A DNA stretch of 64,000 nt from Candidatus Altimarinota bacterium. GTDB lineage: Bacteria; Patescibacteriota; Gracilibacteria; UBA1369. The stretch is from positions 128,001 through 192,000 of the forward strand of contig OY782391.1 in assembly GCA_963677745.1 (NCBI GenBank). The letters run 5' to 3'. The notes below the pieces were generated by a model that saw nothing but the letters and a program-made list of their open reading frames with translations, was not told the DNA's origin and did no database searches. A program made the translations under genes and the position numbers. Of this stretch, positions 44,532 to 53,301 are shown in pieces; positions within the stretch are counted from its first letter, which is position 1, and the number at the start of each line of letters is the position of its first letter.

Positions 44532-45634
44532 TGATTAATTTTTTCTGACTTTGAAACAACCGGCTCAGCTTCCGCCTCCTGCTCCTCTCCTTCCGGCAAG
44601 GCTTCCTCCAAAAGTGCTTCAAACTGTTCTTTGGCCTGTTCCAGATCATCGTTATCCAAAGCAATTCTCATTCTCTGCAGCCTTTCTTTAGACAGGTCAG
44701 CTACAGGATCTTCTCTATATACTCCATTCCCCGGCTGTCCCTTGACCAGGAGCTGTTTCATGGAGTCAAAAACCGCTTTTCGTTTGCGATGGACCTCGAT
44801 CATTTCCGCCAAAAGCTCCCGAAATTGTCCATTCAACTCGGATAATTGTGCCCCGCTACTTTCCTGCTCCGTAAAATTATCAACAATCTGATGTACCTGG
44901 GCCAATAACTCCCTCTGGGTATTCAGCTTTTTCAAATGATCTTTTTTTCTTCTCAAAGATCCCTTCAGATCAGACCAAAGTGGACTTAATTTGAACAAGC
45001 TTCGTATAGAAATTCCCAATGCAGCTCCAGCCAATAGCAGCCTAAAAAAGGTTTTGTAATTATCTTCAAGATATATATCCTCAACCTGCATCTTCACGTA
45101 ACTGGCAACCTGCTCCCTGAACAGGCTGTCATTGTGGAATTTGCTCTCAAATTGAGAATTATTGAGATAAGGACAAAACAAAGTAGTTTCCCTCAAATAT
45201 TCTACAGTGCCCCCAAAATCACAAAAGCCATGTTTTCTGCCGCAAGCCTGATTGGAATACCATAATTCAGGATATGTTTGATGCAGCATATAGGCAAAAT
45301 TGTAATAGTATTCCATCTGAGGCACACTGGCCGCCGTTTCTTTCTGACATTTTGACGAACCAACAATTTCTTCAAGACGCGCTATTTCCGGCTTTCTTGA
45401 TTCCAAAGCCTCCTGCTCTGTCTCTGCCAATTTGTGAATACCATAAAATCCCATAGCCAGTGTCCCGATTAATAATCCATTCCCCAAAACACATTTCAAT
45501 AGCGACCTGCGTTCCCGTCTAACTTGGTCTACATAGTACTGAAAAAAGCCTTCTTCCTTTGCCAGTATACTTTTCTTCTCTTCCCGCTCATTGAGATTGA
45601 GAAGCTCCTTGGGAATTGCTTTTCTTTCGGGCAT
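44528..45634 (-). CDS. Hypothetical two-TM protein, tandem paralogue A
   Basis: Same architecture as its neighbour; 4-nt stop/start overlap; ATG at 45634 (MPERK) preferred. Confidence 0.8.
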   Translation of the reverse strand: MPERKAIPKELLNLNEREEKKSILAKEEGFFQYYVDQVRRERRSLLKCVLGNGLLIGTLAMGFYGIHKLAETEQEALESRKPEIARLEEIVGSSKCQKETAASVPQMEYYYNFAYMLHQTYPELWYSNQACGRKHGFCDFGGTVEYLRETTLFCPYLNNSQFESKFHNDSLFREQVASYVKMQVEDIYLEDNYKTFFRLLLAGAALGISIRSLFKLSPLWSDLKGSLRRKKDHLKKLNTQRELLAQVHQIVDNFTEQESSGAQLSELNGQFRELLAEMIEVHRKRKAVFDSMKQLLVKGQPGNGVYREDPVADLSKERLQRMRIALDNDDLEQAKEQFEALLEEALPEGEEQEAEAEPVVSKSEKINQ

Positions 45635-45798
45635 AAATCGATAAACTATGGAAAATAAGGCGTGAGTATCCCACAATACCGTGAATTAGTCAACCACCTT
45701 GTTTTGATTCGTCTGATCAGCCAATACCGGCCCGACAACTACTGGTATCAAAAGCCCCGTTATGCTAAAATATAGGGGATAAAAACAAAAACTGACAG

Positions 45799-47004
45799 AT
45801 GGCGAATTTTTACTTCGGGAGCGGGCTCTCGGCACATCAGGCGGAAGGCAATAATTTCAGCAGCGACTGGTGGGAATTTGAAAACACCATTCTGAAAGAC
45901 CAGGGACTGGCTACTTCAGGCCGGGCCAGTAACCACTGGGAATTGTTTGAAGAAGATTTTAAGCTGGCCAAAGAACTCGGCCACAACGCCCACCGTTTTT
46001 CCATTGAATGGGCCAAAATTGAACCCAGCCAGGGACAAATTAATTACGAAGCCATCGCCCATTATAAAAAAGTCTTTGAGGCTCTGGCCAAATACAAACT
46101 GACGCCTTTTGTGACACTATTTCATTTCAGCCTGCCCAAATGGTTTGCTGAACTGGGAGGTTTTGAAAAAAAAGACAACATCCGCCATTTCTCCAATTAC
46201 TGCAAACTGATCGGAACCACCTTCCGCGACGAAATGAGATATATTGTCACCATCAACGAACCGGAAATTTACGCCTACCATGGTTATCTGATCAAAAAAT
46301 GGCCGCCCCAGAAAGGCAGTTATCGCCTATTCAACAAGGTTATAAAAAATCTAGTTCTGGCACATAAAACCGCCCACGATGATCTAAAAGCCATCAATCC
46401 GGAATTCCAGATCGGCATTTCCAAAAACAATCAGGTCTTTCGTCCCGACCGGCCAAAAAATCCCCTGGACTTCATCCTGACCCAATATCTGCGTTACAGA
46501 TGGAATCTGTATTTTTTGGATGCAATTAAAAAACATCAGGATTTTATCGGTCTCAACTATTATTTTTACCGCTGCGTGCGGGCAGATTTCAAACTGGTCG
46601 ACACCTTCTGTCAGATTTCCTATCCCACTTCCAGAAAAACCGACATGAACTGGGAAGTGTATCCGAAAGGACTTTACGTTTTGCTTAATGAGCTTAATTC
46701 CCGCTATAAAAAACCTATTATCATTACCGAAACCGGCGTGGCCGACCGGACTGATAAACTGAGGGAAGACGTGATAAAAGAAGGCTTATATTGGACCTTT
46801 AAAGCCAAGGAAGAAGGAGTGAACGTCTTCGGTTATCTGCACTGGGCCTTGCTGGACAATTTTGAGTGGGACAGCGGATTTGATCCCAAATTCGGATTGA
46901 TTAAGGTTGATTACGATGATAATTTTTCCCGCACCATCCGTCCATCCGCCCTGATCTACAGAGATTTGATCAAAAAATATCAAAAAGACCTTGAACAAAA
47001 ATAA
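45799..47004 (+). CDS. Glycoside hydrolase family 1 (beta-glucosidase-like)
   Basis: SAHQAEG, RFSIEWAKIEP, TLFHF, TINEP (acid/base), IITETG (nucleophile), LLDNFEW. Confidence 0.94.
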   Translation: MANFYFGSGLSAHQAEGNNFSSDWWEFENTILKDQGLATSGRASNHWELFEEDFKLAKELGHNAHRFSIEWAKIEPSQGQINYEAIAHYKKVFEALAKYKLTPFVTLFHFSLPKWFAELGGFEKKDNIRHFSNYCKLIGTTFRDEMRYIVTINEPEIYAYHGYLIKKWPPQKGSYRLFNKVIKNLVLAHKTAHDDLKAINPEFQIGISKNNQVFRPDRPKNPLDFILTQYLRYRWNLYFLDAIKKHQDFIGLNYYFYRCVRADFKLVDTFCQISYPTSRKTDMNWEVYPKGLYVLLNELNSRYKKPIIITETGVADRTDKLREDVIKEGLYWTFKAKEEGVNVFGYLHWALLDNFEWDSGFDPKFGLIKVDYDDNFSRTIRPSALIYRDLIKKYQKDLEQK

Positions 47005-47005
47005 T

Positions 47006-47338
47006 ATGGATGAAATATCACTACAATATCAGCAGGAAGCGCAGAAACAAACGCAACACATGGAGGCTGTGATTGAAGCTTTTTATAAGCAGTGCGATTT
47101 TCTGAAAAACGAAGCGGAAAAGGCTATTGCCGCACTGGACACCGCTTTGCCGGATCGACAGAATCAAGAAAACCGCATCAAACTGAAACTTAAAAAAGAT
47201 CTGCAAACTGTCCTTGAACAATTTGAAAAAGAATTAAAAAGAAGCTTTGGACTGGGACTGGTGGACCTGGAAAACATTTATCATAAAAAAGAAGTCCAAA
47301 AGATGGCCGAAATCGAACTGGAAATCTCAAAACTTTAA
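47006..47338 (+). CDS. Hypothetical helical protein
   Basis: Charged coiled-coil-like ORF directly after the GH1 gene; ATG at 47006. Confidence 0.7.
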   Translation: MDEISLQYQQEAQKQTQHMEAVIEAFYKQCDFLKNEAEKAIAALDTALPDRQNQENRIKLKLKKDLQTVLEQFEKELKRSFGLGLVDLENIYHKKEVQKMAEIELEISKL

Positions 47339-47347
47339 TCCAACCAC

Positions 47348-47707
47348 ATGAAACTCTATTACCAGACAACCAGACAAGAGACCGGGAAAAAAAGACTGAT
47401 TTTTCAGATGTCGGAAATGGCTCCCAAAGCCTCCGATGCCATGCAGGGAAAAGAAGCAAAATCGGAAGCGGTACAACTGGGCGAAGTAGCCCCCCAAACC
47501 CCCAGTGAAATTTATAACGGGGTGATCAGCGCCGGCAGTAGTTTTGCCACACAATTCAGGGGAGGAATGGCCTCACTGGCTTCACTGGCCAATGTCGATC
47601 CCCTTGCCTCTTCATCCGGATCAGGAACCACCACAACAACAGCGACAACCACCACGACCGGCACAACAACTACCGCGGCAGTTACCCCCACCACTGTTAC
47701 AAAATAA
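47348..47707 (+). CDS. Hypothetical protein with Thr-rich C-terminus
   Basis: 119 aa, ending SGSGTTTTTATTTTTGTTTTAAVTPTTVTK. Confidence 0.65.
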   Translation: MKLYYQTTRQETGKKRLIFQMSEMAPKASDAMQGKEAKSEAVQLGEVAPQTPSEIYNGVISAGSSFATQFRGGMASLASLANVDPLASSSGSGTTTTTATTTTTGTTTTAAVTPTTVTK

Positions 47708-47726
47708 AAAACAAATTTTACAAAAT

Positions 47727-49133
47727 ATGCCCAACAAAAACACTAAAATTGTCTGCACTCTGGGACCGTCCTCCAGCAGTACCGAAATCATCGTTAAAAT
47801 GATCAAAGCGGGCATGAATGCCGCCAGATTGAACTTTTCCCACGGGACAACAGCCTCCCAGCTGGACTTGATCAAAAATATTCGCCGGGCCGAGAGCATT
47901 ACCGGAAAAACGATTGCCATTATTCAGGATCTGCAGGGGCCTAAAATCAGACTGGGAGTTTTGCCGGACCAGGGAGTAAAAATCAAACTCGGGGAAGAAG
48001 TAATAATGGACACCTCCAAAAACATCTATTCCGAAAAAAACGGACAAAAGATTTTTCCTGTTCAGTACCGGTCACTTCATCAGGACGTGAAAAAAGACGA
48101 CATTATTCTGATCGAAGACGGCATGATCAAAACCAAAGTACTCAAAGTAAAAGGGACTTCCATCACCATCAAAGCGCTGACTCCGGGACTGCTGAAAACG
48201 CACAAGGGAATCAATGTACCCACCGCCTCGATCAGTGCCAACCCCCTGACTAAAAAAGACCTGGCAGACCTGAAATTCGGCATCAAAGCCGGAGTGGACT
48301 TCATCGCTCTGTCTTTTGTCAGAAAAGGTTCGGATATCACCCATCTGCGCGAAATTCTGCGCCAGCATAATTCCTACATCAAAATAATCGCCAAGGTGGA
48401 AAGACATGAAGCCCTGGAAAATCTGGAAGACATTGTGGCCGAAAGCAATGCCATCATGGTGGCGCGGGGAGATCTGGGCGTGGAAACTCCCGCCGAAACC
48501 GTGCCGATTGCCCAGAAACACATGGTCAGACTGGCCAATGAGGCCGGTAAACCGGTTATCATCGCCACTGAAATGCTGCAATCCATGATCGAAAACCCCC
48601 GCGCCACCAGAGCAGAAATCAGTGACGCCGCCAACGCCGTCTTCGACCATGCCGATGCGTTGATGCTTTCCAACGAAACCGCCACCGGCAAGTATCCGTT
48701 ACAGGCCATCGAGACACTGGCCAGAGTTGCCCAAAACATTGAACAATTTCAGAAAAAACATCACTGGACCAAATTAAAATACTTCGATTTCAAAGAAAAT
48801 GATCCGGTGGAAATTTGCCACACCGCCACCATCCTGGCTGAAGAAACCGGGGCAAAAATGATAGTCACCATCACCGATCACGGATTTACCGCCAGAAACG
48901 TGGCTAAACAAAGAGTATACACTCCGATAGTGGTTGTCTCCCCTTACCGCAACGCCAAACGTGAATTGCAGATCTGCTGGGGAATCGACAAAATTTTCAC
49001 CACCAAGTCCAGATCCCCCGACGTACTGGCCAAGCTGCTGGTCAAGGAAAACCTGCTTAAAAAGGGCGATAAGATCGTTATCATCTCCAACGCCTCCACC
49101 AGCAACCGTCAAATCACGCTCAAACTGATCTGA
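47727..49133 (+). CDS. pyk: Pyruvate kinase
   Basis: TKIVCTLGP, RLNFSHG, DLQGPKIR, IIAKVE, MVARGDLGVE, ATEMLQSM; start at ATG 47727. Confidence 0.97.
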   Translation: MPNKNTKIVCTLGPSSSSTEIIVKMIKAGMNAARLNFSHGTTASQLDLIKNIRRAESITGKTIAIIQDLQGPKIRLGVLPDQGVKIKLGEEVIMDTSKNIYSEKNGQKIFPVQYRSLHQDVKKDDIILIEDGMIKTKVLKVKGTSITIKALTPGLLKTHKGINVPTASISANPLTKKDLADLKFGIKAGVDFIALSFVRKGSDITHLREILRQHNSYIKIIAKVERHEALENLEDIVAESNAIMVARGDLGVETPAETVPIAQKHMVRLANEAGKPVIIATEMLQSMIENPRATRAEISDAANAVFDHADALMLSNETATGKYPLQAIETLARVAQNIEQFQKKHHWTKLKYFDFKENDPVEICHTATILAEETGAKMIVTITDHGFTARNVAKQRVYTPIVVVSPYRNAKRELQICWGIDKIFTTKSRSPDVLAKLLVKENLLKKGDKIVIISNASTSNRQITLKLI

Positions 49134-49249
49134 CCGGTAACCGGGACCAATTATCTGTTGCAGCGTCTATTTCCGGCAACGGCAATTTCCAATTCCCAAA
49201 GGAAGCTTCAGCCATTATAATACAGTGGCATTTAATACCGACACCAACC

Positions 49250-49741
49250 GTGCTGATTTTGGGAATCGATCCGGGCTACGCCACTACCGGCTTTGGCATT
49301 ATCGACAGTCTGGATGACCGGATCAAACTGGTGGACTTCGGAACAGTCAATACCGCCAAGGATCTTCCCCAACGCGAAAGAGTTTTACAGACCGTTGACG
49401 ATCTTCGCGAATTGATCAAAGAATTTGAACCGGAAGAAATTGCCCTGGAAGAACTGTTCTTCAGTAAAAATGTCAAAACGGCGCTCAAAGTCGCCGAGTG
49501 CCGCGGGGCCATCATTTACGAACTGACCAGACAAAAACTGCCGCTGACCGAATACAAGCCTAACCAGGTTAAGAGCAACATCTGCGGAAACGGCTCAGCA
49601 CCTAAAATTCAGGTTCAAAAAATGGTACAAATGCTGCTAAACTTAAAACAACTTCCCACTCCGGACGATGCGGCCGACGCCCTGGCACTGGCCATCTGTC
49701 ACGCCAATCACTTAAAACAAAAAATTAATTTCCTTCAATGA
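49250..49741 (+). CDS. ruvC: Holliday junction resolvase RuvC
   Basis: ILGIDPG, EELFFSKN, DDAADALALAICH. Confidence 0.96.
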   Translation: MLILGIDPGYATTGFGIIDSLDDRIKLVDFGTVNTAKDLPQRERVLQTVDDLRELIKEFEPEEIALEELFFSKNVKTALKVAECRGAIIYELTRQKLPLTEYKPNQVKSNICGNGSAPKIQVQKMVQMLLNLKQLPTPDDAADALALAICHANHLKQKINFLQ

Positions 49742-51237
49742 TCAAACTCATTTTCCGTCTGTTCTTTCTGTTGATTGCCGCCAGCCTGACCCTGGCACTG
49801 CTTTATGTCTTTGAACTTCCGCCATTTCAGAAAAACGTCTCCCCCGCCACCGTGACCAACAATCAGGCTCAGCTGACAGAGGAAGAGGCAAAACTGCCGG
49901 AGGAACTCAAAGAAAACAAAGTCGAACGCACCAAAACCTACGATGAGATGATGGAAAGAGCGGCCCTGCTGGAAAAAAACAATTTCCCCGGACTGGCGAT
50001 CGCCCAATATCAGGAAGCTTACAAAAAAGACCCGGCCAATCTGAAACCTCTTTATGAAATAGGAAAAATCCATCTGCGTACAAGCAGTTACGGCAAAGCA
50101 GAAATAATTTTCCAGGAGCTGGTGGCCAAAGATCCCCAGAATATCGAAGACCAGGTACTGCTGGGAAGAAGTTACCTGGGCCAAAGAAAAATCGACGAAG
50201 CAAAAAATCTTTTTGACAAAATTACCGCCTCCAGTCAGTCCGTCAAATATTACCAGGGAATCCTGGCCGCCTATTACGGGGATAATGACCGTGCCAAAAA
50301 ATTGCTCAACGAGTCGGTCAGTCTGGGGGGATCGGATGACTACACTAAAAAGGCCAACAATTTTTTGTCCGCCTACAACGAATATAATTTCAACGTCGAA
50401 TCCCCCACCATTCACCTGAAAGTCCTTCTGGCACGCAGTTTTAATCAATGCGGCGAATATGAAATGGCCATTCCGCTGTTGTTTGAGGTGACCAAGGAAA
50501 AACTTGATTACCGTGACGCCTGGATTTTATTGGGCTATGCCTACCTGGAAACCGACAAATATCAGGATGCAGTGGAAGCTCTGGAAAGAGCCAAGGTCCT
50601 GGACAATCAAAAACCGGAAACGCTTTTTTATCTCGGTCTGGCTTACTACAACCTCAACAAATTCGAACTGGCCAGGGAAAACCTGCTGAAAGCGCAGGAA
50701 TTCGGATTTGAACCGAAAATTCTGGTTGACCAGAAACTGGCCGAAGTTTATCTGGAGCTTCAAAATTATCCCCAGTCAGCCGCCAGTTATGAAAAAGTTC
50801 TGGCACTCAACTCCCAGGATGTAAATTATTACATCCGGCCGATCTGGATCTATATCGAAAAACTTAATGAACCTTCCAAAGCTCTTGTATTGGCTCAGAA
50901 AGCCGTCCAAGACCATCCCGAAGAAGCGATGGCCCAAAATCTGTTGGGCTGGACTCTGATTTACAATAACAAACTTTATGAAGCCGAGACTCATCTGAAA
51001 CTGGCCCAGGGTCTCAACCCCAATCTGGACGCCACTTATCTGAATTTTGGCATCCTTTCCGAAAAAAAGAACTCCCCCGATCAAGCCCTGATCTATTACC
51101 AAAAAGCCCACAGTCTGGGCCAGGGCAGCGGAGTGGCGGCGGCCGCCGCCACCCGTTACAATCATTTGCTGGCTGCCCTGTCCCCTGCCCCGGCAACCAC
51201 CCCCGCCAATATGCAGGCTAACCTTCTTCAACAGTGA
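49738..51237 (+). CDS. Membrane-anchored TPR-repeat protein
   Basis: N-terminal TM followed by many TPR-like helices (AWILLGYAY, TLFYLGLAYY, AQNLLGW). Confidence 0.88.
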   Translation: MIKLIFRLFFLLIAASLTLALLYVFELPPFQKNVSPATVTNNQAQLTEEEAKLPEELKENKVERTKTYDEMMERAALLEKNNFPGLAIAQYQEAYKKDPANLKPLYEIGKIHLRTSSYGKAEIIFQELVAKDPQNIEDQVLLGRSYLGQRKIDEAKNLFDKITASSQSVKYYQGILAAYYGDNDRAKKLLNESVSLGGSDDYTKKANNFLSAYNEYNFNVESPTIHLKVLLARSFNQCGEYEMAIPLLFEVTKEKLDYRDAWILLGYAYLETDKYQDAVEALERAKVLDNQKPETLFYLGLAYYNLNKFELARENLLKAQEFGFEPKILVDQKLAEVYLELQNYPQSAASYEKVLALNSQDVNYYIRPIWIYIEKLNEPSKALVLAQKAVQDHPEEAMAQNLLGWTLIYNNKLYEAETHLKLAQGLNPNLDATYLNFGILSEKKNSPDQALIYYQKAHSLGQGSGVAAAAATRYNHLLAALSPAPATTPANMQANLLQQ

Positions 51238-52064
51238 CCCAAGATTTGCTGATCAGTATTATGATGTTTGTCCTCGGCTGCCTCTTTGGCAGTTTTCTGA
51301 GCGTACTGGTACACCGGACGCTTCACCGGCAGTCCGGAATTATTTTCGGAAAATCCCGTTGCCCGAAATGCAAACACCCCCTGCGCCCCCGGGAGCTGAT
51401 ACCGGTTCTCAGCTGGCTGTTCCAGAGAGGTCGTTGTTCTTATTGTCACAAACCGATTTCCGCCATCTACCCGGCCCTGGAACTGGTCACCGGACTGCTT
51501 TTCCTGACCAATTACAACATGGTACTGGCCAACCCCGCTTTTACCTATTTTGCCAACTTTAGCTTTGACTGGATTTTCGTCGTAAAAATAATCTATCTGG
51601 GACTGATAGTGCTCAATCTGACCGCCATCTTTTTCAGCGACCTCCAGAAAAAAGCCATCCCCAACCTTTTTTTGTACAGCTGGGTAATACTGACCGCCTT
51701 CAGCTTCCTTTTAAGCGGCGCCCAACCTTTCGACAACCTGCTTGACCGTCTGACAGCATTAGGAATCGCCTTATTGATCTTTGGAGGCCAATATCTGATT
51801 TCCAAAGGAAAATGGCTTGGCTCCGGTGACATTTTTGTGGCTGCCGGCATGGGTCTTTTATTGGGACTGAACAGTTTTCTGGTCGCCGTCGCCTTTACCT
51901 ATATTCTCGGCAGCGTGATTTCTCTTGGTCTGCTGTTACTGAAAAAAGTGAAATTCAGCCAGAGCGTTCCTTTTGCCCCCTTTTTAATTTTGGGAACTCT
52001 GATCGCCCTCTATCACGGACAGGAAATCATCGACTGGTATTGGCATTTATTTTTAATCATTTGA
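51234..52064 (+). CDS. pilD: Prepilin peptidase (A24)
   Basis: FGSFLSV, SRCPKC...LIPVLSW...GRCSYC, GSGD, VPFAPFL. Confidence 0.93.
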   Translation: MTQDLLISIMMFVLGCLFGSFLSVLVHRTLHRQSGIIFGKSRCPKCKHPLRPRELIPVLSWLFQRGRCSYCHKPISAIYPALELVTGLLFLTNYNMVLANPAFTYFANFSFDWIFVVKIIYLGLIVLNLTAIFFSDLQKKAIPNLFLYSWVILTAFSFLLSGAQPFDNLLDRLTALGIALLIFGGQYLISKGKWLGSGDIFVAAGMGLLLGLNSFLVAVAFTYILGSVISLGLLLLKKVKFSQSVPFAPFLILGTLIALYHGQEIIDWYWHLFLII

Positions 52065-52069
52065 AATAA

Positions 52070-53152
52070 ATGAAAACCGTTATTCTTGCAGGAGGCACCG
52101 GTAGCAGACTCTGGCCGATGAGCCGCCAGAAAAAACCCAAACAGTTTCAGGCCCTGGTGGACAGACACAGCATGCTTCTCCACACCATTAAACGACTTTC
52201 CTTTCAAAAACCCTCCGACATTTATATAGCCACCAACAGTGAATACCAGGATTTGGTCGAGGAACAGACCGCCGGTCTGATACCCCGGGAAAATATCATT
52301 ATCGAACCCGCACTCCGGGACACCGCCCCCTGCATCGGTTTGATTGCCATTACCCTGGCCCGTAAATTTCCCGATGAAGTGATGGCGCTGATTTCCGCCG
52401 ACCACCTGATACAGGACACCAAAGAACTTCAGAAAAAGCTGAAAATAGCCGCCGAGCTGGCCTCCCGGGAAAATACGGTCAATCTGATCGAAGTAAAAGC
52501 CCTCTATCCCAACGTCAATCTCGGCTACGTGAAAATCGGCAGACAAATCAAACAGATCGGGAACGTGGCTGTACATAAGTTTGAGCGTTTTGTGGAAAAA
52601 CCCGACCTGCCGACCGCCAAAAAATTTCTGCGGTCCCAGAGTTATCTGTGGAACACCGGTTTGGCTGTCTGGAAAATCTCCACCCTACTCAAAAAATTCC
52701 GGGAGTTCCAGCCTGACACCTACTCCATTCTGCAAAAAATCGGCAAAACCATCGGCAAACCGTCGTACCGGCAAACCCTGATCAACCTCTATCCGCTCTG
52801 CCAAAAAATTTCCATCGATTATGCGATCATGGAAAAACTCCGGCCTGAGGAAGTCCGTATTATCCCCGCCGATCTTGGCTGGAATGACATCGGCACCTGG
52901 GAAACCATCTGGAATGAACTGCACGATGAAGAAAAGAACAACGGCAATGTCATCAAAGGCAACGTACTGCCTCTGGATACTGAAAACTCGTTAATCTATG
53001 CCGATAACAAAAAATTAATTGCCACAATCGGCCTGAAAAATTTAATCATCGTCGACACCCCCGATGCACTGCTGGTATGTCACAAAGATCAAAGCCATCA
53101 AATCAAACAAATTGTTGCCGCCCTCAAAGAATCCTTCCCCGAAGTACTATAA
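52070..53152 (+). CDS. manC: Mannose-1-phosphate guanylyltransferase
   Basis: ILAGGTGSRLWPMSR..KPKQF, EP..RDTAP, FVEKP, SIDYAIME, WNDIG. Confidence 0.93.
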   Translation: MKTVILAGGTGSRLWPMSRQKKPKQFQALVDRHSMLLHTIKRLSFQKPSDIYIATNSEYQDLVEEQTAGLIPRENIIIEPALRDTAPCIGLIAITLARKFPDEVMALISADHLIQDTKELQKKLKIAAELASRENTVNLIEVKALYPNVNLGYVKIGRQIKQIGNVAVHKFERFVEKPDLPTAKKFLRSQSYLWNTGLAVWKISTLLKKFREFQPDTYSILQKIGKTIGKPSYRQTLINLYPLCQKISIDYAIMEKLRPEEVRIIPADLGWNDIGTWETIWNELHDEEKNNGNVIKGNVLPLDTENSLIYADNKKLIATIGLKNLIIVDTPDALLVCHKDQSHQIKQIVAALKESFPEVL

Positions 53153-53301
53153 CTCCAACCCACTGAGATTAATTTGCAAGAGATTCTTTCAATTAATGAT
53201 GACAAATTACAAGTCTATACCTATACTAGGCAGCGCATGAAAAGCTTGGCAACAGGCAATTCTTAAACTAACCCATCACTCACCATTAACTTTCTTTGTA
53301 T

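Noticed and set aside
47544-47726. N-terminal extension of pyruvate kinase in the ORF track
   Set aside because: It is an off-frame read of the upstream Thr-rich gene; the family N-terminus begins at ATG 47727.
42867-49741. Missing ruvB between ruvA and ruvC
   Set aside because: ruv genes are often dispersed; absence from one window is uninformative.
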